Assembly (NCBI GenBank): GCA_965229935.1 | Contig: CBDDKB010000002.1 | Span: forward strand, 772,165-836,164 | Reading direction: 5' to 3' | Origin: Alphaproteobacteria bacterium | GTDB lineage: Bacteria; Pseudomonadota; Alphaproteobacteria; SPJN01 | Length of the DNA: 64,000 bases | In this document: piece by piece, positions 19,225 through 28,659 of the stretch | How the letters are laid out: every line of letters begins with the position of its first letter | How positions within the stretch are numbered: the first letter of the stretch is position 1 | The notes under the pieces: generated by a model | Seen by the model: only the letters and a program-made list of their open reading frames with translations | Told to the model about the DNA's origin: nothing | The model's database searches: none | Translations under genes and position numbers: made by a program

Positions 19225-19925
19225 GACAGTTCCTTTATGGCTTTTTTATAGGCCTTGTCAGAAACATAAGGGCCATGGGCGCCAAAGTCAGACGGTTTGG
19301 CTGGCAAGATCTCGTCGCTATAGGGCGGGATTTTATACAATTCCCCATCGCGTCCGATCAACGGAATGTCACGGCCCTGTTTTGAAAATGTGCGCCGCTG
19401 TTGGCTAGACTGTCCTTTAAAGACGTCAAATTCTTCAGGGTCTTTAAAAAACAGGAACTCATAGGCGTTGAGCATTTCAGTGACGAATTCTGGTTCGACA
19501 ATTTCAAGGTTGGATAGAACCCAGCACCGATCCTCAAAATCCCAATAATAGCCCAAACCGATCACGCGCCCCTTTTTGTCTATAAAAGGATAGAACGGAA
19601 AGGCACGACAGGCGAGTGAGCGATTGTCACGTTCACAATGGGCTGCCCCTTTGCATTCAATGGCAAGGCAGGTATCAGGCAATTCATCGACAATTTTTTG
19701 CGCATGCTTGTCGTTTTTGGGCGCCTTATATCTTGACCACAGGTCAGTCCGTTCCTTCAGGCTTTTCCATTCAGCCTTATCGACAATAGGAATAGCGTTA
19801 TCGACAGTACAGCAAACGGGCTGCCCACCATTTAGGGGGGCGCACCATTGGCCGCAATCGTGGCGCTGGGAAATCGGCGCGTTAAACTCAGCATGAAGCT
19901 TCGTAAAGTCTTTGGGCTTTACCAC
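19221..19925 (-). CDS. YkgJ/UPF0153-like cysteine-cluster (putative Zn/Fe-chelating) protein, first gene of the pmbA-waaA-lpxK operon
   Basis: 234 aa. The CGQWCAPLNGGQPVCC and CLAIECKGAAHCERDNRSLACRAFPF clusters resemble the CxxCxxCC...GxCxxYExRPxxCRxFP pattern of YkgJ-family proteins. Its stop overlaps the pmbA start (ATGA). Confidence 0.5.
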   Translation of the reverse strand: MVKPKDFTKLHAEFNAPISQRHDCGQWCAPLNGGQPVCCTVDNAIPIVDKAEWKSLKERTDLWSRYKAPKNDKHAQKIVDELPDTCLAIECKGAAHCERDNRSLACRAFPFYPFIDKKGRVIGLGYYWDFEDRCWVLSNLEIVEPEFVTEMLNAYEFLFFKDPEEFDVFKGQSSQQRRTFSKQGRDIPLIGRDGELYKIPPYSDEILPAKPSDFGAHGPYVSDKAYKKAIKELS

Positions 19926-20008
19926 GGTTTAAATCTTTCGTGATTCTTTCGGTAATTGCCCCTAGTATGCCTGCAAATTCAGGGGGATTAAAGCGGGATC
20001 GGGGGACT

Positions 20009-21223
20009 ATGCGCCGCGTTTGGAACAGTATTGATTGGCGTTTATTGCTTGTTGTGATGGCAACCGGGGCGATGGGCGAAGGGATTATGGGCCAAATGCC
20101 CGTATTTACCGGCGCGGCAATGGATGATCTTGGCATATCGCATGCATCTGCTGGCGCGATTGTGTCGGTAGAGTTGGTGGCGCTGGCCATTTCACTGGCA
20201 GTCACAACACCTTTTACTGGCATCGTTTACAGGCGGCAGCTTGCCTATCGCGGTTTTGCGGTCATTGTGATTGGTGCCCTAATCTCAATCGCAGCAACGA
20301 GTTACGAGCTTGTGCTGATTGGCCGTTTTGTTTGCGGCCTGGGCGCAGGTGTCGTTATCGCCCTTGGTACGGCGGCCGTTTCCAGTAGCTTGGAGCCTGA
20401 CCGGCTTATGTCACAAAATTTTGCGGGCGGTGTGATGGTTGGTGCTTTGATGTTGGCAATATTGCCGATCATTGCAGCAGACTATGGATTGCGCGGTGTC
20501 TATATTGCGAATTTGATTTATCTTTTATGTTTCGCGCCTTTCTTATGGCTGTTCCCTAAGGCGCCGCGTGAAGGCGCGCCGTGGCGTACGGCCCTTCACG
20601 GCGTGACTGCCAAAACAGGTGGCGGCAGGGCGGCGTTCCTGCCCTATGGGTTGATCGCAGGCATGGTGTGCATTGCTGTCATGGAAACGGCGGCATGGGC
20701 CTTTGTTGAACGCAAGGGGGTTAGCCTTGGCCTGTCGCCTGCGGAGGTGGGCCAATGGCTTGCCATAATGTTTATGTCCATGTTTGTCGGCGCGCTTGCA
20801 TCAGCCTATTTAGGCACACGGATTGGCAGGCTCATTCCCTATAGCTTTGGCGGCGTTGCATTAACCGTTGGACTTTATTTTTCCTTGTCAGCAACTGACA
20901 CATTCGGGTTCGTTATGGGGTTGTTAAGCTGGAACATCGCGTGGATGTTTTTGATGCCCTATTATTTCGGCATATTGGCTTCGCTTGATGGGGAGGGGCG
21001 CTGGAATTCCATGTCGTCAACCATCATCGTCTTTACCAATGTGTTTGGCCCTATATTGGGCGGTTCGATCCTAGCCGGTGTTGCCGCTGATGGCGCGGCG
21101 GATTTTGCGACGCTTGCGGTTGTGACAAGCTGTGGCGTGGTGGTGGGACTGGCGATTTCCATACCCATGATGGTGGTGCTTGGGCGGCGGATTGCAACAG
21201 CAGAGGCGACCACTAGCGCCTGA
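20009..21223 (+). CDS. MFS transporter
   Basis: Twelve predicted TM helices and a G-rich loop pattern typical of MFS. The start was chosen at the ATG at 20009 (SD GGGGGA); the ORF-track start at 19940 is a GTG. Confidence 0.75.
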   Translation: MRRVWNSIDWRLLLVVMATGAMGEGIMGQMPVFTGAAMDDLGISHASAGAIVSVELVALAISLAVTTPFTGIVYRRQLAYRGFAVIVIGALISIAATSYELVLIGRFVCGLGAGVVIALGTAAVSSSLEPDRLMSQNFAGGVMVGALMLAILPIIAADYGLRGVYIANLIYLLCFAPFLWLFPKAPREGAPWRTALHGVTAKTGGGRAAFLPYGLIAGMVCIAVMETAAWAFVERKGVSLGLSPAEVGQWLAIMFMSMFVGALASAYLGTRIGRLIPYSFGGVALTVGLYFSLSATDTFGFVMGLLSWNIAWMFLMPYYFGILASLDGEGRWNSMSSTIIVFTNVFGPILGGSILAGVAADGAADFATLAVVTSCGVVVGLAISIPMMVVLGRRIATAEATTSA

Positions 21224-21857
21224 ACCGCCAGACGCCCGCATTCCGCAGGTCGGTATCTTCGACACGGCTGTCGGTTCTGACCTGATAATGGGCAAGCCGT
21301 TCAAAGCGGTCTTGCGGAAAATAAGTGCGGCCCGGATCGCCGACTAGGACGGTGGTTCCGGCGCGATCCAATTTATCCAGCCAATCGGCGATGCGGCGGG
21401 CCGGTGCGTTTTCATAGCAAATATCTGCAGCCAGAATGACATCCCATTGGCTTTTCTGGTCAACCAGATCATCCAATGTCACATCAATGCTGACTTGGTT
21501 TTCCTTTGCATTCAATTGGATTGCAGGCGCGCACCACGGATCGATTTCACTGCACAGGGTTGCGGCGGCACCTACCTTGGCAGCCGCAATCCCCGCTATG
21601 GCAGACCCAGCGCCAAAGTCCAGTACGCGCTTGCCCTTTACGATAGCAGGATTATCGAGGATAAAGCGAGCCAATGCCTGTCCCCCCGCCCATGCGAATG
21701 CCCAAAAGGGGGCGGGTAGGTCCAGCGCCTCAAGCTCGCTTTCGCCAGCCTGCCAAAGGGGAAGATCATCAGCTGCCAGATATAAAGACAGTTCAGGCAC
21801 CAATGGTGGTGCCTGAAGCCTTGTATTATCGATGATGAATTGTTGCTGCTTGTCCAT
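21213..21857 (-). CDS. Class I SAM-dependent methyltransferase (PrmA/Nnt1-like)
   Basis: Motif I VLDFGAGSAIAGIAAAKVGA; 214 aa. It lies immediately downstream of the desaturase gene. Confidence 0.65.
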   Translation of the reverse strand: MDKQQQFIIDNTRLQAPPLVPELSLYLAADDLPLWQAGESELEALDLPAPFWAFAWAGGQALARFILDNPAIVKGKRVLDFGAGSAIAGIAAAKVGAAATLCSEIDPWCAPAIQLNAKENQVSIDVTLDDLVDQKSQWDVILAADICYENAPARRIADWLDKLDRAGTTVLVGDPGRTYFPQDRFERLAHYQVRTDSRVEDTDLRNAGVWRFRR

Positions 21858-21862
21858 CAGCG

Positions 21863-22885
21863 TCAGGCGTTGATGAACAGATTGTCCGCAGGCGTGTTGC
21901 GCTTGTCATCGCTGTCATGGTCAGCGCCTGTTGCGATTTTCAGCACCGCCCAATAGCTCGGCTGAATTTCAAGGCGGTCACCATAGCCTTTATCAAGCAG
22001 TAATTTGTGCGCTTTTGCGAGGTTATAGCAGGGGATCCAAGTGAACAGATGATGTTCGACGTGATAGTTCACCCAATAAGGTGCGATCATCGCTTTCATA
22101 AACCACCCGGCATAGGTAGTGCGCGCATTGCGCATAGGATCGTTATTGTCGGGCACCATTGCATGTTCGCAAATGTTACGCAGGCGCGTGATCATCTGAT
22201 ACCAAGTCAGCAACGGCAGCACCCACAACAGCGGGTAAAGATACCAATAACCAAGCGTGCTTAGGATTGTCAGCAAGACAAGGTTTGTGGCAAGCGGGCC
22301 GCCAAATTTTGTGATGAAGGTGGATAGACGCTCCTTAAGGGGTGCGCCGGGCTTGCCGATAGCTGCCTTCAATTGTGACTTGCGCTGCTTATAGCCTGTC
22401 TGCCCTGTCAGGTCGCGGATGATTTTGCGGCGCAGGCTTTCCCGTGTGACGGGGAAGGGGGCTGACAGGATCAGGTCAGGGTCATTTTCCTGCTGGGTGT
22501 TTTTGTGGTGGGTCAAATGATAGGGGCGATAGGGGCGAATGTCAGTCGCAATGGGGAATGAGGCAAACCATTGTGTTACAAAATCATTCACCTTCACATT
22601 GCTGAACAACAGCCCGTGGGCACCATCATGCATCAGGATGGCAAGGCCCAATTGCCGAGCACCGATAAGGATCACCGCAATCAGGAATGTCAGCGGGTTG
22701 GGGAACAGGGCAAACAGCGCCATAGCGGCACCGATCACAAGCCATGCATGGATGAACAAGGCAGCAGCGCGCCAATTGTTACGTTTGCGCAGCGCTGCAA
22801 TTTCGTCCTTGTCAAAAATATCTCGAGGACGGATTGCTGAAAATTGCTCAGGGCCTTGTGCTGTATCTGAGGCTACATCTGACAT
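21863..22885 (-). CDS. Membrane fatty acid desaturase family protein
   Basis: Three histidine boxes (HDGAHG, HLTHHK, HVEHHL) and TM helices. Confidence 0.85.
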   Translation of the reverse strand: MSDVASDTAQGPEQFSAIRPRDIFDKDEIAALRKRNNWRAAALFIHAWLVIGAAMALFALFPNPLTFLIAVILIGARQLGLAILMHDGAHGLLFSNVKVNDFVTQWFASFPIATDIRPYRPYHLTHHKNTQQENDPDLILSAPFPVTRESLRRKIIRDLTGQTGYKQRKSQLKAAIGKPGAPLKERLSTFITKFGGPLATNLVLLTILSTLGYWYLYPLLWVLPLLTWYQMITRLRNICEHAMVPDNNDPMRNARTTYAGWFMKAMIAPYWVNYHVEHHLFTWIPCYNLAKAHKLLLDKGYGDRLEIQPSYWAVLKIATGADHDSDDKRNTPADNLFINA

Positions 22886-22908
22886 TTTGTAGGTCCTTTA
22901 TTTGGTGC

Positions 22909-23550
22909 CTAATAGGCGATATCTCTTTTGACGTTGGGGCGGCAGGCTAATACGCAAAAGCTGACCAGCGCGTCAGCCGCCTTGCCCATTTCATCGGCGT
23001 CGATGGGGCGGTTTTCCGGTGACAGAGGCCCAGCCATAACTGACACAATCGCACCCGCAATGGCAGAGGCTGAGATGCGGGCATCCTGCTTTTGCAAGCA
23101 GCCAGACTTGATCCCATCAGTTATGATGCGTTCGTAAATACTGGTGTGCAGCTCGCGCATTTCGATACGGGCGGCATCAATTTGGGGGGACACAGGCTCC
23201 CCAATCAGTGATGCAGAAAGCCTTCGTGATTTCATAGCGCGGCTGATAAAAGTGCGTATGGCAAGCGATAGACGGTCTATCGCGTTCAGCGGGGTAGGGG
23301 CAACCGCGATGCGGTGAATAACCTCCATCTCCTTTTCGCCAAGCAGTTTATAGGTGGCGATGAATAGCGCGTCTTTGTTCTCGAAATAGCGGTAGATCGT
23401 TCCGGTCGCGACATTCGCCTCGCGCGCAATCGCGTTCATTGAGGCACCGCCGAAACCATGCTGCGCGATCTGGTTGCGCGCAGCATCCAGAATGTCGGCG
23501 CGTTTGTCAGCCTGCCGTGTTTCTACTTTTTCGGTGCGCCGATAGACCAA
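22909..23550 (-). CDS. TetR/AcrR family transcriptional regulator (DesT-like position upstream of the desaturase)
   Basis: N-terminal HTH (ASMNAIAREANVATGTIYRYFENKDALF). Confidence 0.85.
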   Translation of the reverse strand: MVYRRTEKVETRQADKRADILDAARNQIAQHGFGGASMNAIAREANVATGTIYRYFENKDALFIATYKLLGEKEMEVIHRIAVAPTPLNAIDRLSLAIRTFISRAMKSRRLSASLIGEPVSPQIDAARIEMRELHTSIYERIITDGIKSGCLQKQDARISASAIAGAIVSVMAGPLSPENRPIDADEMGKAADALVSFCVLACRPNVKRDIAY

Positions 23551-23584
23551 GGCCCCGACCTCTCCTCATCTCAACTTGCCCAAG

Positions 23585-23632
23585 GAATGAATCTTCGTTC
23601 ATTCTTTGAAGAAATGAACCATAATTCATTTC
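23585..23632. promoter_or_regulatory. Two tandem palindromic operator candidates upstream of the TetR gene: GAATGAA-N6-TTCATTC at 23585-23604 and GAAATGAA-N6-TTCATTTC at 23611-23632
   Basis: Both dyads were read directly and share the AATGAA-N6-TTCATT core, 35-65 bp upstream of the TetR start codon on the minus strand. Confidence 0.45.
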
Positions 23633-23694
23633 TTGAGTCAAGGTGACGGAAATCGGGGCTTTTTTGGCTCTTAAAATGCTGTGGACTGGGGTAG

Positions 23695-24129
23695 TTAGCC
23701 GGTCACAACACCGAATATGATGATTAAAGCGCAGACTAATTGCACCAAATAGGCCGCAAAACGCACATTAACCAGCATGCCTTCGCCTGAAATGATCTGT
23801 GCTGCTGACTGAACGACGCGCGCGCCCAAAATTGTCCATGCGAGAGTGCTGAGTGTCCCTGCATCATAGCCGCTTAAAATCGCAACAAGGAAAACCATAG
23901 CAAAAATGCCCAGATTTTCCTGTGTGTTGAGATGCGCACGGTTCAGCCGCCAATAGCGGTCCGGGCCATGCTCAACCCCTGATTTGAACTGGGTTGGATC
24001 AGCATCGCCCTTCGCGACCATCATCACGCGGATTACAGCGATGAGCGTGACGAGCAGGATCGGCCACAGGGCCAAAAGGGCGAGGGGGACAAGAGTGTCA
24101 CCATAGCCAGCAGAAAGAATTTGAGTCAT
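23695..24129 (-). CDS. MAPEG family membrane protein
   Basis: Four TM helices and a MAPEG-like RAHLNTQENL motif. The start was chosen at the ATG at 24129, which has an SD (GGGAGGCTGAT). Confidence 0.6.
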   Translation of the reverse strand: MTQILSAGYGDTLVPLALLALWPILLVTLIAVIRVMMVAKGDADPTQFKSGVEHGPDRYWRLNRAHLNTQENLGIFAMVFLVAILSGYDAGTLSTLAWTILGARVVQSAAQIISGEGMLVNVRFAAYLVQLVCALIIIFGVVTG

Positions 24130-24189
24130 ATCAGCCTCCCTTTTATCGGTTCGCCACAATGGCGAATCGCGTTGGAAGAAGCCTAAACG

Positions 24190-25176
24190 CTAGCTGCCTA
24201 TGATGCCTAGCGGAAATGCCTTGCCCATATAGATGGCGAAAGCCACCAGCAGCCCGAAATCTCGGTTGGATTTGAACAATTTCAGGCACTGATCCGGGTC
24301 ATCGATATCAAGCGCCAGCACCTGCCAAATGACATGAAGCGCAGCGACACCCATCAAGACATAAAATAGTAGATACATGCCTGCTATAGGGCCTGTGGCA
24401 GTGATCAACACCAGCGTCAGCCCATAACAGATCGCCACAAAGGGGCGGGTCCGCTCACCCAAGGCAAGTGAGCTTGATTTCACGCCAATGATGGCATCAT
24501 CTACCTTGTCCTGATGGCCGTAAATCGTGTCATAGCCAAGGGTCCAGAAAAGCCCGGCGGCATAAAGCAGAAAGGCTGCGGGGCCAAGATGCCCGGCAAC
24601 GGCGCTATAACCAAGTAGCGCGCCCCAATTGATCGTTAGGCCAAGCCATGCTTGGGGCCAGTTAGTGACGCGTTTCATCAGGGGGTATAGCGCAACCAGC
24701 ACCAACGACCCTGCGCCCAATATGATCGAAAACATGTTGAGTTGCAGCAGGATTACAAGCCCGACCAGACATTGCAGCCCCAGAAATATAATCGCCGCGC
24801 GGACGGAGATATCGCCCGCAGGAATGGGGCGGGTTTTGGTTCGTTCAACCTTGGCGTCGAAATCGCGATCCAGAATGTCATTGATGGTGCAACCTGCACC
24901 GCGCATCACAAACGCACCGACAAGAAACAGAACCATAATCCAAACATCGGGGTAAAGTTTGTCGCCTTCGCCGCCTGCCACTAACGGGCCACCAGCCCAT
25001 GTGCCAATCCCAATTGCCCAAAACCCCGGCAGGAATAAAAGCCATGTGCCGATCGGCTTATCGGCGCGCATCAAACGCAAATAGGGACGGGAGAATTTGG
25101 GGGCAAGCCTATCCACCCATGACGGCGGTGTCGTCTTGATTAATCTGCCGTCAGCATGGGGCGAGGGCGCGGTCAT
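24190..25176 (-). CDS. ubiA: 4-hydroxybenzoate polyprenyltransferase
   Basis: UbiA prenyltransferase Asp-rich motifs (NDILDRDFD) and eight or nine TM helices. Confidence 0.85.
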   Translation of the reverse strand: MTAPSPHADGRLIKTTPPSWVDRLAPKFSRPYLRLMRADKPIGTWLLFLPGFWAIGIGTWAGGPLVAGGEGDKLYPDVWIMVLFLVGAFVMRGAGCTINDILDRDFDAKVERTKTRPIPAGDISVRAAIIFLGLQCLVGLVILLQLNMFSIILGAGSLVLVALYPLMKRVTNWPQAWLGLTINWGALLGYSAVAGHLGPAAFLLYAAGLFWTLGYDTIYGHQDKVDDAIIGVKSSSLALGERTRPFVAICYGLTLVLITATGPIAGMYLLFYVLMGVAALHVIWQVLALDIDDPDQCLKLFKSNRDFGLLVAFAIYMGKAFPLGIIGS

Positions 25177-25282
25177 AGAATTGTCGATCCTTAACTTTCT
25201 ATCTGAACTGGCGATCCTTGCATCAAACCCCCCAACTGATTATTGAGGGCATGTGAAGCTTATTCTTCGTCAGGGGCCGCTT

Positions 25283-26032
25283 ATGCCATCAAAGCCGACT
25301 ACATTCCAGCCCAAGATAAGGCTCTACGGAACTTGGGCCTTGGCGGCTGATGCTCAGATTCAGTTGAATAAAGAGCAGGCCCACTATCTGGGCAATGTGA
25401 TGCGCCAGACAGCGGGTGACCATGTGCTGCTGTTTAACGGCACCGATGGGGAGTGGTTGGCAAGGCTTGAGGATGTGACGCGGAAGGGCGCAAACGCCAT
25501 CGCAATCGAACAAACACGCGCACAAGACGCAAGGCCGGATCTTTGGTTGCTGTTTGCACCGATCAAACGGGCGCGCTTTGACATGGTGATTGAAAAGGCA
25601 ACCGAACTAGGCGTGGGGAAATTAATGCCTGTGCTGACCCGCTTTGCCGGACATGATCGGGTCAAGCAGACACGCATGCAAGCCATTGCAGTGGAAGCTG
25701 CGGAACAATGTGGCGGCACCAGCCTGCCGATAATTGATGATGTGGCCAAGCTTGACGCCGTGCTGGCAAATTGGCCAGAGGACCGACCGCTTTATTTCTG
25801 TGATGAGCGGCGGGAGGCCAAGCCGTTTCATACTGTACTGGCTGAGCACCCTGCCTCAATCGGCGCGATATTAGTTGGCCCCGAAGGGGGCTTTTCCCCA
25901 GAAGAACAAGCGATGTTAGATGCCCACCCGGCAACCCGGCCTGTAACCTTGGGCCCGCGTATTTTGCGCGCTGAAACCGCCTGCCTTGCGGCCCTGTCAA
26001 TCTGGCAAACAGGCCATGGTGACTGGCAATAA
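25283..26032 (+). CDS. rsmE: 16S rRNA (uracil1498-N3)-methyltransferase
   Basis: RsmE-like PUA-like N-domain and SPOUT C-domain (LLVGPEGGFS). The start was chosen at MPSK...IRLY; the ORF-track start at 25253 is 10 residues further upstream. Confidence 0.8.
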   Translation: MPSKPTTFQPKIRLYGTWALAADAQIQLNKEQAHYLGNVMRQTAGDHVLLFNGTDGEWLARLEDVTRKGANAIAIEQTRAQDARPDLWLLFAPIKRARFDMVIEKATELGVGKLMPVLTRFAGHDRVKQTRMQAIAVEAAEQCGGTSLPIIDDVAKLDAVLANWPEDRPLYFCDERREAKPFHTVLAEHPASIGAILVGPEGGFSPEEQAMLDAHPATRPVTLGPRILRAETACLAALSIWQTGHGDWQ

Positions 26033-26174
26033 CCGGCCCTGTTCAGCCAATCACAATCACGTGTATGGGCCCAATTCAGCCCCGATCCGGGGAAGCGGTG
26101 TGCAGTTCCGGCTTGCTCTACCCCCTATGGTCGGCTAGGCAGAACAAAACAATCTGTTGAACGAGTCTTGTCTT

Positions 26175-27539
26175 ATGGCCTCTCCCGCGCCTGAAACTGC
26201 ACCGCTGACCAGCAAGGATGATCTGCTGGCCCCCTTGGCAGGCGGCTGCAAACCCAAATCTGCGTTCCGTATTGGGACGGAGCATGAGAAATTCGGCTTT
26301 CATACCGCAGATTTTTCCCCGCTGGAATATGATGGCCCTAATGGGGTTGAGGCACTGTTGAAAGGTCTGCAGCGTTTCGGCTGGGATCCTGTTGTAGAAC
26401 AAGACAAGCTGATTGCGTTGAAACAACATGGCGCGTCCGTGACGCTGGAACCGGGCGGGCAATTGGAATTGTCCGGCGCCCCGCTTGAAACCATTCATCA
26501 AACCTGTAGCGAGGTGAACCGTCATCTTGATCAGGTGCGTGAGGTTACAGCGGAATTAGGGCAGGGATTTTTAAGCCTTGGCTTTTCACCAAAATGGACC
26601 CGTGAAGAAACGCCGATTATGCCCAAGGGGCGTTATGGCATTATGCGGAACTATATGCCTAAAAAAGGCAATCTTGGCCTTGATATGATGTTCCGGTCCT
26701 GCACGGTGCAGGTCAATCTTGATTTTGAAACAGAACAGGACATGGCGCGCAAGATGCGCATCGGCATGGCATTGCAACCGATTGCGACGGCGCTGTTCGC
26801 TAACTCGCCCTTTGTTGAGGGCAAGCCCAACGGCTTCCAAAGTTTTCGGTCCCATATTTGGACTGATACCGATCCTGATCGTTGCGGCATACTACCCTTC
26901 GTGCTTGAGGATGGGTTCAGCTTTGAGCGGTGGGTTGATTATGCCTTATCGGTGCCGATGTATTTCGTCTATCGCGATGGCAATTATATTGATGTGTCCG
27001 GCCAATCCTTTGTTGATTTCATGAAGGGGGAGCTGCCCGGTTTGAAGGGCGAGCTGCCGACCATGAAAGATTGGGAAGATCATCTGACAACTCTGTTCCC
27101 TGAAGTACGCCTGAAAGGCTTTATCGAAATGCGCGGTGCTGACAGTGGTCCATGGGGCCGATTGTGCGCGCTGCCGGCATTATGGGTCGGTCTATTGTAT
27201 GATGACAAATCGTTAGACGATGCAGAGGCGCTGATCGAAAGCTGGAGCGTTGATGCCATCAGCACCATGCGGGACGATGTGCCGACACAGGGCCTGCACA
27301 CAAAGGCACCTGATGGACGCACCTTGCGCGAGGTTGCGCGTGATGTTGTTGAGATTGCCCATCAGGGCCTAGCTGCGCGCGGCTATACAGATGGGTTGGG
27401 GAATGATGAAACCATGTTCCTGCGCCCGCTGCATGAGATTCTGGATAGCGGTAAAAGCGCGTCTGACCTGTTGCTGGATCAATATCACAATGAATGGAAC
27501 GGCGATATTAACTGCGTGTTCCGCGACCACGCCTATTGA
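26175..27539 (+). CDS. gshA: Glutamate--cysteine ligase, plant/alphaproteobacterial type (GCS2 family)
   Basis: GCS2-family motifs (RIGTEHEKFGF) and a length of about 455 aa. The ORF-track start is a TTG at 26157; the first in-frame ATG is at 26175. Confidence 0.8.
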   Translation: MASPAPETAPLTSKDDLLAPLAGGCKPKSAFRIGTEHEKFGFHTADFSPLEYDGPNGVEALLKGLQRFGWDPVVEQDKLIALKQHGASVTLEPGGQLELSGAPLETIHQTCSEVNRHLDQVREVTAELGQGFLSLGFSPKWTREETPIMPKGRYGIMRNYMPKKGNLGLDMMFRSCTVQVNLDFETEQDMARKMRIGMALQPIATALFANSPFVEGKPNGFQSFRSHIWTDTDPDRCGILPFVLEDGFSFERWVDYALSVPMYFVYRDGNYIDVSGQSFVDFMKGELPGLKGELPTMKDWEDHLTTLFPEVRLKGFIEMRGADSGPWGRLCALPALWVGLLYDDKSLDDAEALIESWSVDAISTMRDDVPTQGLHTKAPDGRTLREVARDVVEIAHQGLAARGYTDGLGNDETMFLRPLHEILDSGKSASDLLLDQYHNEWNGDINCVFRDHAY

Positions 27540-28657
27540 GTGACGCTTGGCGCGTCACCTTCATCACTGATTGCAGTTTCTTCAAGGTCAGCTTCTTTCT
27601 CTTCTTCCAGTGGCTCCCGCAAGCTTGGGTCGATGGCACCTGCTAACCATTCCTGATTGAAATAGGTCAGATCGGGGCGGGACAAAAGGGGTGTCAAATC
27701 TTCGGACAGGGCCAAATGTATGGCGCGCAGTTCACGTGCTGCGTTGAACCAATCTTGTGCGTCGATCAGGTCAGAAACCTTTGTCAGGTTTGATGCGTGT
27801 GCCGCCAGCAAAGGCCGAGCCGGATCGGCAGGGTCTAGCCGTTCATGCACCAAGCCTATTTCTGCGCGCAATGCCGTAACAACAAATGTGCTGGCGCCTG
27901 CTTGTTTTTCTTCGATTGTGCGCTGGCCAATTAATGTGGCGCGCGTAATCGCATCAATCATATAACGCACATATTGTTTGTCTGTGCTTTCATCGGCATA
28001 GGGGCTGGGCTGCAGCGGCGTTGACTGTTTTAGGGCAGTGACATAGGCGCTTAATGCATTCAGGATAAGCGCGTCCGGTTCGGGGCCAGAAAAATCATCG
28101 ACGATGACTTTGCTGATATAGCTCGTCAGATCGTCAATCGGCTCAATCGTGCCAAAGGGGCTTTGTGCCTGTGTCAGGTCGCTGATCGGGCGCGGATTGT
28201 CAGACAGGTCGTCACCTGTGTTGGAAAACAGGCTGTGTGAGACGTCGATGCGTCCGGGACGTGGCGATAGCGGCGGTAAGGAGAAATGGGTTTCGGCCCG
28301 TCCTGCCGGATGACAAGCATTGCAGCTTAACCCCAGTTCAAGCGCATAGCCGCCAAATAGCGTGGGGGAGCGGAAGGCAACGCGCCCCAATTCAATCAGG
28401 GCGGACTGCCCCTTTGCAATATCATCAGATGGTAAGGCTGTTACCAGCGCTACACGATCAGCATCGGCGTCAAGCCAAGTCATCATTTGGATCGGGGTTT
28501 GGTCGGGTTCCTCAATCAACTCTTCTTCGACAAGGGCTGCATCATCCTCAGGCAATTCTGCCTGCACAGGCCCTTCAACAGCGGCAGCGGCTGTGCCAGC
28601 GACGAAAGCCGCAGCGCCGAACATAAGTGCAGCGATGAAATCCCCCCGGCGAAACAT
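27533..28657 (-). CDS. Periplasmic protein with a single CXXCH heme-binding motif in a cytochrome-c-peroxidase-like N-terminal context, an uncharacterised C-terminal domain and an acidic tail
   Basis: Signal peptide, then ELGRVAFRSPTLFGGYALELGLSCNACHPAG, which resembles the first heme site of di-heme CCP/MauG. No second CXXCH is present. It starts 2 nt after the tldD stop. Confidence 0.5.
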   Translation of the reverse strand: MFRRGDFIAALMFGAAAFVAGTAAAAVEGPVQAELPEDDAALVEEELIEEPDQTPIQMMTWLDADADRVALVTALPSDDIAKGQSALIELGRVAFRSPTLFGGYALELGLSCNACHPAGRAETHFSLPPLSPRPGRIDVSHSLFSNTGDDLSDNPRPISDLTQAQSPFGTIEPIDDLTSYISKVIVDDFSGPEPDALILNALSAYVTALKQSTPLQPSPYADESTDKQYVRYMIDAITRATLIGQRTIEEKQAGASTFVVTALRAEIGLVHERLDPADPARPLLAAHASNLTKVSDLIDAQDWFNAARELRAIHLALSEDLTPLLSRPDLTYFNQEWLAGAIDPSLREPLEEEKEADLEETAISDEGDAPSVTQ

Positions 28658-28659
28658 GA

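Noticed and set aside
18279-19226. ORFs of 130 and 183 aa on both strands within pmbA
   Set aside because: They overlap the confidently identified PmbA frame, and the Arg/Gln/Pro-rich translations are typical of out-of-frame reads of GC-rich coding sequence.
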